DNA of 43,463 bases. It comes from Minisyncoccota bacterium (GTDB lineage Bacteria > Patescibacteriota > Minisyncoccia > Phycocordibacterales > Phycocordibacteraceae). Under the pieces are notes generated by a model. The model worked only from the letters and a program-made list of their open reading frames with translations, made no database searches and was not told the origin of the DNA. Every line of letters begins with the position of its first letter. Positions within the stretch are counted from its first letter, which is position 1. Position numbers and translations under genes: made by a program. Below are positions 26,904 to 35,224 of the stretch, piece after piece. Location of the stretch: positions 1-43,463 of the forward strand of contig JAMNXM010000001.1 in assembly GCA_023653145.1 (NCBI GenBank), read 5' to 3'.

Positions 26904-29792
26904 ATGAAATACTTCTTTGCACTCACACTTTTTGTACTCGCAAGTACAGGGACCGCGCACGCATTCGCTGTTGTTGAAAACGCACAATGCGTCGGCGGGA
27001 CATTAGTCGCCTCGCACACTGATGTGATTGATGGAGGGGGGCTCGCGCCATACACGAACGCAAAAATTTTGGTTGCATCGGACTGTTCTATGCTCACTCC
27101 TGCGGGCGGGTGCTGTTCAGCAAAGGTTTCAACAAATGGCGGCGGAAAAGGCGGCGCTGTTATCCCCTATACATGGTTCCATTACGACATTTTCACTAAT
27201 GCAACAGTTCAGACCGGGTTTGCCGCCGGTCAGACGGGTCCGCTTGCAAATGAAGCCCCCTTTGAGAGGGCTGTCGGTAGACAGTTTAAGTATTTTGCTG
27301 GTCCGGGAGGTGGTGCTGCGGTGCCAGTGACGGCATCCTTGGTAGCCAACCCAACTGCAATTGGTTCAGGAGAGCAGGCGCTCTTGTCGTGGTCCTCAAC
27401 TGGTGCGGCCACCTGTGTCGGAACGAATTTTTCAACGAACGGCGCAACATCCGGGTCTGTAGTTACCACACCATCTGCAACGACACGCTACTCAATCACC
27501 TGCTCAGCAGCGTCAGCAACACCGCGACCAACTATCATTGACATGAACGCTGATGGCGGGTCATATCAGTCAAACGCAGCATTGATTACTGATATGCAAC
27601 AGAATGGAGGGGTTGCGTTCAGTTCGAGGTACGGGATCTATTCCGACAGTGCAACGACAGACCGTATCTGCAAGATGGTCCACGGCCCAAATGCAACGCA
27701 AGCTGGCTTTGACGTGACAAAGTACAAATCGCCTAAGAACAATGCCATCGTGAAGTGGGACGGTACCAAGTGGATAGCGTTCGGTGCGCGCTCTGATAAT
27801 CGCAAGATCCGCTATGTATTTAAGTGTAGTGTCCCAGGAACGGTGAGCACCACGTCTGGTGAAAGTGCAACCGCGCATGCCACCGTACAAGTTTCTGCTG
27901 TAAATACGCTGAACGTTTCGTGTCGTGCTCACCCAGGACGCGCAGGGTTTAATGAGGACGTACTCTGGTCTTCGACTGTATCTGGTCCCGCAGGTACCTA
28001 CGCCTACTCCTGGACTGGGACAGACTCGTTGTCAGGCACAGGCAACCAGGTCTTTACGCGCTACACCACGCCAGGGGAGAAGAAGGCATGGCTTACAGTA
28101 ACGTACACTCCAGGTACAACACCGCCACCAGCGCAGGCGCAACAAAGTATTGGTGGGTATGAATGGAAGTCCACAGAGAGTTCGCTCGAGGAAACGTGTA
28201 CTGGTGGCGGAGCAAACTTTTTGCCACGATGCCCATCACCACTACCCGCATGTACTGCTGAGAATGTGAATACTACATGCTGGAACGTTCAAGGCAGCGG
28301 AAGCGGAGAGTGTAATCCTAAACTTGCTGCAGAGTTTGGCCTCGTAACTCAAGTTTCCTGCACAGCACCTTCTGCGGGCGTTTTACCCCCTCCACCACCA
28401 ACCAATCCGCCTTCTGGCGCAGTACTGCCAAAGCCAAGTGCATGTCCTGCAATTGCGTGGGCTGTACCCATCACACCTTGTGGCGGCACCTGGGCGCCAT
28501 CATACGACGCAGCTGGGTGCCAAAGTGGTTGGCAGTGCGTTGCCTCTGAGGCACGCCGTACTGAGTTCTACTCGCAAAGTACTGTGTTGCAAAAAATACA
28601 GCACGTAGCTCGTATTGCAGAAAAAGCAATTACAAACGCCACTATTTTGCCTGCCGTATATGCACAGGAGGCGTGCATTCCACCAGGAGAGTACGTTGTG
28701 GATTCGCCAAATGTCACTGCACAAGTTGCGCTTACGCTACTAGATGAGCCGCGGTGCTGCTCTCAGACTGCCCTAACAGGGGGTGAATACTTTAATGATA
28801 TTGTCTGCAGCGGTACCGGTGGCGTTGCAGGTCAGTGTTCGGCAGGGCAAACGGCAGTAGCTGTGTTTAATCCTCAGGGCGCAAGTTGTGCCGGAGGTTC
28901 TGTGGTTGGTAGAACAAGTGAAGTCCTTGATGGTGTTCAGATTGGTATGTGGCCAGATGGTTGGCTTGCGGGTCAGTGTGCTGAACTTGGCGCACAAGCA
29001 GGGGATTGCTGTGAGTATTCGCAGCGCGCAAGTAACAATACGGGTGGCGGGTTCCCACCAAACTCGTACTACCAGATTCGCGTCATTCGTGGAGGATCAT
29101 TTTCAGCGAGCGAATCATCATATATTCAGACTCCACAATGTTCAGGTCTCAATCAGAATTACTCGTGCAGTTCTGTCGCAGGTAGTGTAAGCACGCAGTG
29201 CTCAGGTGGGCCAGGAGACCCACCACCGCCACCTCCACCACCACTCGGTGCCCAGCGCGTAACGGTGCAATGCGACAACTCAGTTACTGTCGGTACTGGA
29301 GAGGGTGAGGACACGAACCAATGTACTGATGGCATAGACAATGACCGCGACGGCCGCACCGATGCAGATGACACAAACTGTGCTAATGGTGGCAGAAGTG
29401 AAAGTGGTGTCACGACACAATGTTCTGACGGCATCGACAACAACGGAGACGGTACCATCGACTTCCCGGAAGACCCATGGTGCGCCTCAGGAAACGACAA
29501 TCGAGAGGCTCCAGACCCAATCGACATGACGCTCACCGGGCCTGCGCTTATCAAGAAGAATCAATCCTGCACCATCTCACTTTCAGCACGGAACGTCACT
29601 TCGTGCACCTTGAGTGGCCCAGGACTCTCGCAAGGATTCACTGCGATTAATGGGTTTGTAAGCGCGTCATCTGTGGTGACTCCTGCTCTTGCACAGACGT
29701 CAACCTATACGCTCAGTTGTCGCGGACTAGACGGTAAGACTGCTGCAAAGTCGGTCGACTGCAAAGTTGCACCAACCTTCGAAGAGTTCTAG
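26904..29792 (+). CDS. Giant secreted Cys-rich multidomain surface protein 1 (962 aa)
   Basis: It has a signal peptide (…STGTAHA|FA). The domains are: two copies of a C-x-GG...CC[SE] module, an Ig-like repeat (LSWSS..C.GTNFST), a TDRICK domain, a PKD-like domain (YAYSWTGTDS), a P8 tract, two QC-x-DGIDN-x-x-DG Asp-rich motifs, a final Ig-like domain, and an APTFEEF tail. Confidence 0.85.
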   Translation: MKYFFALTLFVLASTGTAHAFAVVENAQCVGGTLVASHTDVIDGGGLAPYTNAKILVASDCSMLTPAGGCCSAKVSTNGGGKGGAVIPYTWFHYDIFTNATVQTGFAAGQTGPLANEAPFERAVGRQFKYFAGPGGGAAVPVTASLVANPTAIGSGEQALLSWSSTGAATCVGTNFSTNGATSGSVVTTPSATTRYSITCSAASATPRPTIIDMNADGGSYQSNAALITDMQQNGGVAFSSRYGIYSDSATTDRICKMVHGPNATQAGFDVTKYKSPKNNAIVKWDGTKWIAFGARSDNRKIRYVFKCSVPGTVSTTSGESATAHATVQVSAVNTLNVSCRAHPGRAGFNEDVLWSSTVSGPAGTYAYSWTGTDSLSGTGNQVFTRYTTPGEKKAWLTVTYTPGTTPPPAQAQQSIGGYEWKSTESSLEETCTGGGANFLPRCPSPLPACTAENVNTTCWNVQGSGSGECNPKLAAEFGLVTQVSCTAPSAGVLPPPPPTNPPSGAVLPKPSACPAIAWAVPITPCGGTWAPSYDAAGCQSGWQCVASEARRTEFYSQSTVLQKIQHVARIAEKAITNATILPAVYAQEACIPPGEYVVDSPNVTAQVALTLLDEPRCCSQTALTGGEYFNDIVCSGTGGVAGQCSAGQTAVAVFNPQGASCAGGSVVGRTSEVLDGVQIGMWPDGWLAGQCAELGAQAGDCCEYSQRASNNTGGGFPPNSYYQIRVIRGGSFSASESSYIQTPQCSGLNQNYSCSSVAGSVSTQCSGGPGDPPPPPPPPLGAQRVTVQCDNSVTVGTGEGEDTNQCTDGIDNDRDGRTDADDTNCANGGRSESGVTTQCSDGIDNNGDGTIDFPEDPWCASGNDNREAPDPIDMTLTGPALIKKNQSCTISLSARNVTSCTLSGPGLSQGFTAINGFVSASSVVTPALAQTSTYTLSCRGLDGKTAAKSVDCKVAPTFEEF

Positions 29793-29793
29793 C

Positions 29794-30714
29794 ATGGTAG
29801 ATGTGCGCGCACTCCTTACCAGTCACGAAGCACGGCTCACACTTTTTGGTGTTGTGTGTGCTGTCGTTCTTGGGTCAGTAGTACTTTGGCTCTACTTCGT
29901 TATTCCCGTCAAAGGAACTGCCTCTGCGACTCTGGTGCAGCCGGATCGCTCACAACGGGCAGTTTCTATCACGCTTTCTACAATGGCATGGGAGGGGTAT
30001 CGATTTCGCTCTGCTGAACGGTCATTCATTGTTGCCGCAGTACCAAGTCCAACTAATGATCGAGTAGCATACGTCACACGAACTAAGGACAAAGTAATGC
30101 GCGTGTCTGTTGCGGACGGTGATGGCGACGGTGGAGTAGAGGTCACGTCTGGTGAAACAGGTATTCCAAGTTGGTCACCTGATGGTGGAAGTATTGCGGT
30201 ATCACGTGTGCCAGACGGCGTCACTGAGACCGGAGTCCCAGAGAATTGGTCAGTCGTCCGAGCACTGCCACGTGGTGACTCACTCGAAGTGGGTCGAGGT
30301 TACCGCCCGTTTCCATCACCAAATCAGAGGACGTTTGCACTCACATCAGACGGCATCGCCCTTTTATCGTACAGCGATACTGAGCCGCTCCTTGTCATAG
30401 CAAGTCCAGTTCCGGTGCCACTTACCACCCCATTTGCAGTGTCATTAGATGGTATGCGCGTTGCGTGGGCTGCACCAGCCGATAAGTCACTCCAAGTGTT
30501 TGAAAATGTAAATGGCTACTTTATCCCGCTTCTTCTCAAGACTGATGTGCATCCAGACTCGCTCGCGTTTTCGCCCGATGGGGACTATCTATTAGTTTCG
30601 AAGAATACCGAAGCGACATCGACACTGAGTATTGTGCGCATATCTGACGGACGGACGCGCTTGGTGGGGGAGATAGGTGGCTTGGTCAAACTTCATGCAT
30701 GGCTCTATGAATAG
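29794..30714 (+). CDS. Membrane-anchored PD40/TolB-like repeat protein, cassette copy 2
   Basis: It has a TM helix (LTLFGVVCAVVLGSVVLWLYFVI) and PD40 signatures (IPSWSPDGGSIAVS, LAFSPDGDYLLVS). ATG 29794 lies 1 nt after the upstream TAG. Confidence 0.7.
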   Translation: MVDVRALLTSHEARLTLFGVVCAVVLGSVVLWLYFVIPVKGTASATLVQPDRSQRAVSITLSTMAWEGYRFRSAERSFIVAAVPSPTNDRVAYVTRTKDKVMRVSVADGDGDGGVEVTSGETGIPSWSPDGGSIAVSRVPDGVTETGVPENWSVVRALPRGDSLEVGRGYRPFPSPNQRTFALTSDGIALLSYSDTEPLLVIASPVPVPLTTPFAVSLDGMRVAWAAPADKSLQVFENVNGYFIPLLLKTDVHPDSLAFSPDGDYLLVSKNTEATSTLSIVRISDGRTRLVGEIGGLVKLHAWLYE

Positions 30715-33700
30715 GAATTATATTAAACAGGTACTTGTCGTTGGGATTATCGGTGCTTGGTTCGCGTTAGTACCTAGTGTACTTGCGTTAGACTCAAAGT
30801 TTGTAGCGCTTATCGATAGGGTAGATGGAGGAGGAATTGATGGCGGTGGAGATTTTGGATGGGAGTATCCAGAAATTTATTTCTTCACCGCTTCGCCTGC
30901 ATCAGTAACTTCAGGGGGCAGCGTCACACTTTCGTGGAGTGCAAGTCTTGGCTCATGCGTCGGAACAAATTTTACTGCGGGGTCACTTGACGGTACGCGC
31001 ACAGTAAATCCGACCGTTACGACTACCTATACACTGACTTGTTCAAACGTGTACGGGAGTGATACATCTTCAGCCACAGTATCTGTTGCATCCGCTACGA
31101 GTGATTTGACCGCAGGAGGCGTTACCCCAAGTAGTGGGGTAGTTGGAACTCCGGTGTCATTGTCAGCGACCGTGTCAAACATTGGTGGTGCTTCGACAGG
31201 TGCTGGGTTTACGAATCTCTTCCAGCGTGCGACAGATGCGTCTGGCTCAAACCCTACGGACATTGGCACACACTCGGGCTCAGCACTTGCGGCAAGCGGG
31301 TCAGCGGCCGCAACAGTTTCATATACATTTCCGTCTGCGCAAACGTGGTACGTGCGGGTCTGTGCTGACAAAAATTCAGCGTCTTCTGCAGGAACAATCA
31401 CCGAATCAAACGAAGGGAACAATTGCGGTGCGTGGTCTCTAGTGTCGGTGTCGGCAGTTCCGGGCGCACCAACCATAACGATCGCGGCCAATCCGTCGAA
31501 TATAACGAGTGGTCAGTCAGCAACGCTCACCTGGTCATCGTCAAACGCAACCACATGCACGGGCACCGGGTTTAGTACGGGTAACCAAACCTCTGGTTCA
31601 GTATCAGTTTCGCCAACTGCAACACAAATTTATTCAATTTCTTGTAGTGGTGTTGGTGGGACAGGAACGGGGAGCGCAACAGTAACAGTTGCGACGGCGC
31701 CAACCGCAACAACGCAAAACGGCAAGCTCTGCTCTGGTGGAACGTATATTGGCGCAACGACTGGCACCACAAACAGTTGCGTCTCATACTGTACTTCGGT
31801 AAATGCAAGTTGTTGTAGTACGTATTACACCTACGGAGATTATGCGAACGACTACGCCTGCTACGCATTCTCAAATACCTCGTCTGTCATTAATGCCCCC
31901 ACAACTGGCGGATGCGATTTTGGAGATGGAGGTGGATTCAGTGTCGATGGAGGTGCTGGGGGAGACCCTATCTGTACGTGGACGGACTACTCCGCAACGT
32001 TGCTTAGTTATGGCCCAGCGGTAACTGCGAGTCTCGTAACTAATCCGACCAGTATTTCTGCGGGACAACCCGTTATTATTACGTGGTCGTCTGCCAACGC
32101 CACGTCGTGCACGGGTACTAACTTTTCGACTGGAGGCGCAACGAGCGGTTCAGTTTCGGTAAATCCGACACTTACTACGGTGTACACACTCTCCTGTACT
32201 GGGGCAGGTGGGACTGCTACTGACACAAAGACACTCACGGTAAACGTATTTACTGCAACCTGCTCTGCAACTCCGAATCCCGTCACGGTTAACCAGCCCG
32301 TTTCGTGGTCGTCTGCTGCTACCGGTGGTACAGGGTCATACACGTACTCATGGAGCGGGAGCGATAGTCTTACAGGGTCAACAGCATCTCTCACCAAAAC
32401 GTACGATACATTGGGAGAAAAGGTTGCAACACTGACCGTTACGTCTGGCTCCGAGACGATTACTACGGCATGTACGGGCACTCCATGCCAACAGGCTTCG
32501 TGTACCTGTTCAGGTGGTGGGTGTGGAGTCACAGTGAGGGAGGGCATTAGTACTGACGTGTCCGCAGGTGCACCAGTCATAAATTCAGGAACTCCAATCC
32601 CAGGAGGTACGCTTACGTTTAGTGCTCCCGTGTTAAACATCGGAAATAATTCTATCTCAAGCGTCTTTCAGAATCGCTTTCAGATAGATGTGGGGAACGA
32701 TGGGAGTTACAACGTCACTCTCGATACTGGAGGGTCTGCTGGGTCGCAGTTTGTCCTTGGCTATGGTCAAAAATGTACGGGTGGCAGTGTAGTTGCCACA
32801 GATTCTATCGATACGTACGGAACCGGAGATCTATCCGACACCATACAGTCGATGTGTGAGCAGAGTTCATCAAGTGGTCAATGCTGCAGTGCAACTATTA
32901 CCACGCAGGGTGGTGGAGGTGGTGGCGGAGGAGGTGGTGGCGGAGGAGGTGGTGGGATCCAAGATTGGGTGGGGCGATTTACTGAGCGCAATGTTGCTGC
33001 GGTGTATAAAAGCCTTGCACTCACTTCGTATACCATTGACCTTACGGTGCGCTCAGGTGCATGGACACAGCAGGTGTGCACAACCGAAGCCTGCTATTTC
33101 GGCACCTGGCAATCATTGACCGGAACACAGTTTGATATCCCGTTCGGACAAACTGGAGGTTCAGTAAGTCCGTCGTGGACCAATGTGCCTGCGGGTACGC
33201 ACAAGGTGCGTATGTGTACCGACAGCCCAACGTCGCAACTCAGTGAGACGGATGAGGGTAACAACTGTGGGGCAGACACGGTCTTTACAGTAAGTGGTTT
33301 TGACCTGAGTGCAGGTACTCCAGGAGTAAACTCGGGGACGCTCCTTGGTGGGCAGGCAGTAACCTTCTTTGGCTCTATCTCAAACAACCCTGCGTACTAT
33401 GTTGCGACAGGACAGTGCCAAGCTGCGGTCTATGTTACGCAGGGTGGGACGTGTGCACTCACACTGAGTAAAGATCAATTGGTGTGGTCAACATCAGGTG
33501 CAACTATTGTCAGTGAGATAGCGCCGTTGACTAATTCTCCGACCATTCCTGCAACGGGAGGTGGTGGGATTATTGAGCGCGATATGAATACCTACACGAC
33601 GCCGTATTACAACGCGGACTCGAGACTTATTGCAGACATGGCGGCCAATGGTGTGACCTATACAGATGATGGTATACACACAGGTGACAACAAATCGACA

Positions 33701-35188
33701 GACCGTATCTGTAAGGTTGTGTATGATGCTGCAGCGTGGGTCTCGGCGTTTGATGTTACTAAATACAATTCATGCGGCAACAATACGATAGTACGACACA
33801 ACGGGACTTCGTGGAGTAAAATTGGTGCCTGCTCGGATAACAGAAAAGTTCGATATACATTCAAGTGTGCGAAACTCGGGTCTCCGTATGCGTTCTCTGG
33901 CACGCACGTATTCCCGACGCCGCTCGCTCCGGGGACACACACCTATTCAATGACCACAAATGCGTGCTCTGGCTCTGCGCCAGCAACCACCATAACTCTT
34001 CAAAGTGGTGCGCAATGCACTGGCGGTACACAAGTCGCACAAGATAACGATCTAGTAGACGGTGCGGCATTTTCAAATGGACTTGATGCTATCCGAATGC
34101 AGTGTGAGTCTATGACTCCCGCGGGCGGTTGTTGTAGCGTTGTTGTAGAAGAGACCCTTGCGCATCCAAACCAACCAGTGGAGACTCGGTATACGTATCG
34201 CGCCTATACGGGAGCATCGACTGTACCGCAGACATCAACAACTGAGTATATTGCAGGAGATAGAACTATAAATACACACTATTTTGCGGGTACATATGCA
34301 GGAACATGTAGTACTTCGTGTATAGCCTCGATTACAGTTCCTGAGCCTGGAAGCACTATGTGTTCACTCACCACAACACCTTCAGTCATTTCTTCCGGAG
34401 GTAGCGCAACTCTGTCGTGGGAAACAAGTAACGCGTCGGCGTTCTCTATAGACAATGGGATTGGTGCGGTGACCCCAGTAGGAGCAGGGAGTCGCTCGGT
34501 GTCGCCAACACAGACAACAACGTATACTGGCACGGTAACCACGGACCCAGGCGTATTTGCGCTCACTGGTACTGTGCCTAACCAATTCCAAATCGATCTG
34601 GGTAATAACGGCACCTGGGACGTGACGCTTTCGGGCACCGAACTTGCTACGCTCGGGGTCAATCAGTCCGCACAAGTCACGTCAGTTTCATGGACTGCGG
34701 TAGCAGGCACACATGCAATACGCCTTTGTGCGAATACGCCAAGCGCTATCAGCGAAGGGGATACGACGAACAACTGTGGTAACTCGTTTACCTTTACCGT
34801 GACGCCACCGACGCAGTGTCAGGACGGTGTCGATAACAATGGCAACGGCCTCATAGACCTTGCAGATCCCGCATGTACAGGCACTGGAGACACCGCAGAG
34901 GAGACGTTCTCTGATGCGGCACTCTCACTCTCTGTAAACCAAACGACGGTGCGGAGCGGTGCGTCAGTGACCTTAACCTGGACTGCGGTGGATGTTGTTG
35001 ATGACTCATGCTCGATTGTAGGGTCTACTGGGGGCACGTGGGCAGTAAGTGGTTCGGGTGGAACGCAGGTAGTGGGGCCAGTCACGGCAGAGACCACCTT
35101 TGCGCTTCGCTGTCGCGATATGCAAAACAACGAGGTAGTAGAGGCTGAGACGACGGTCCGCCTTGCACCTAAGTTCGAGGAGATCTAG
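30707..35188 (+). CDS. Giant secreted Cys-rich multidomain surface protein 2 (~1493 aa)
   Basis: The signal-peptide start is MNRNYIKQVLVVGIIGAWFALVPSVLALD, and ATG 30707 overlaps the upstream stop. It has five Ig-like repeats and three CARDB-like domains (…ESNEGNNCG, ETDEGNNCG, EGDTTNNCG), two of which are interrupted by insertions. It also has three C-x-GG...CCS modules, a G16 tract, a PKD-like domain, a TDRICK domain, a QCQDGVDNNGNG motif and an APKFEEI tail. Confidence 0.85.
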   Translation: MNRNYIKQVLVVGIIGAWFALVPSVLALDSKFVALIDRVDGGGIDGGGDFGWEYPEIYFFTASPASVTSGGSVTLSWSASLGSCVGTNFTAGSLDGTRTVNPTVTTTYTLTCSNVYGSDTSSATVSVASATSDLTAGGVTPSSGVVGTPVSLSATVSNIGGASTGAGFTNLFQRATDASGSNPTDIGTHSGSALAASGSAAATVSYTFPSAQTWYVRVCADKNSASSAGTITESNEGNNCGAWSLVSVSAVPGAPTITIAANPSNITSGQSATLTWSSSNATTCTGTGFSTGNQTSGSVSVSPTATQIYSISCSGVGGTGTGSATVTVATAPTATTQNGKLCSGGTYIGATTGTTNSCVSYCTSVNASCCSTYYTYGDYANDYACYAFSNTSSVINAPTTGGCDFGDGGGFSVDGGAGGDPICTWTDYSATLLSYGPAVTASLVTNPTSISAGQPVIITWSSANATSCTGTNFSTGGATSGSVSVNPTLTTVYTLSCTGAGGTATDTKTLTVNVFTATCSATPNPVTVNQPVSWSSAATGGTGSYTYSWSGSDSLTGSTASLTKTYDTLGEKVATLTVTSGSETITTACTGTPCQQASCTCSGGGCGVTVREGISTDVSAGAPVINSGTPIPGGTLTFSAPVLNIGNNSISSVFQNRFQIDVGNDGSYNVTLDTGGSAGSQFVLGYGQKCTGGSVVATDSIDTYGTGDLSDTIQSMCEQSSSSGQCCSATITTQGGGGGGGGGGGGGGGGIQDWVGRFTERNVAAVYKSLALTSYTIDLTVRSGAWTQQVCTTEACYFGTWQSLTGTQFDIPFGQTGGSVSPSWTNVPAGTHKVRMCTDSPTSQLSETDEGNNCGADTVFTVSGFDLSAGTPGVNSGTLLGGQAVTFFGSISNNPAYYVATGQCQAAVYVTQGGTCALTLSKDQLVWSTSGATIVSEIAPLTNSPTIPATGGGGIIERDMNTYTTPYYNADSRLIADMAANGVTYTDDGIHTGDNKSTDRICKVVYDAAAWVSAFDVTKYNSCGNNTIVRHNGTSWSKIGACSDNRKVRYTFKCAKLGSPYAFSGTHVFPTPLAPGTHTYSMTTNACSGSAPATTITLQSGAQCTGGTQVAQDNDLVDGAAFSNGLDAIRMQCESMTPAGGCCSVVVEETLAHPNQPVETRYTYRAYTGASTVPQTSTTEYIAGDRTINTHYFAGTYAGTCSTSCIASITVPEPGSTMCSLTTTPSVISSGGSATLSWETSNASAFSIDNGIGAVTPVGAGSRSVSPTQTTTYTGTVTTDPGVFALTGTVPNQFQIDLGNNGTWDVTLSGTELATLGVNQSAQVTSVSWTAVAGTHAIRLCANTPSAISEGDTTNNCGNSFTFTVTPPTQCQDGVDNNGNGLIDLADPACTGTGDTAEETFSDAALSLSVNQTTVRSGASVTLTWTAVDVVDDSCSIVGSTGGTWAVSGSGGTQVVGPVTAETTFALRCRDMQNNEVVEAETTVRLAPKFEEI
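32909..32956 (+). repeat. In-frame GGN tract encoding 16 consecutive glycines (contains a 15-nt unit GGAGGTGGTGGCGGA repeated twice plus a partial copy)
   Basis: I read the codons directly: GGT GGT GGA GGT GGT GGC GGA GGA GGT GGT GGC GGA GGA GGT GGT GGG. Confidence 0.95.
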
Positions 35189-35208
35189 TTGCTAAATACG
35201 GCCTTTCT

Positions 35209-35217
35209 TGGTACTGT
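35209..35217 (+). promoter_or_regulatory. Extended -10 box TGGTACTGT, 7 nt upstream of the rpmE ATG 35225
   Basis: Read directly from the sequence. Confidence 0.4.
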
Positions 35218-35224
35218 AGTCCTC

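Noticed and set aside
26904-35188. A diversity-generating retroelement (template/variable repeat pair) or CRISPR-like repeats associated with the giant proteins
   Set aside because: The window contains no reverse transcriptase gene. I found no pair of ~100-nt near-identical DNA repeats with adenine-specific differences. The domain repeats are similar only at the protein level. No regularly spaced direct repeats are present anywhere in the window.
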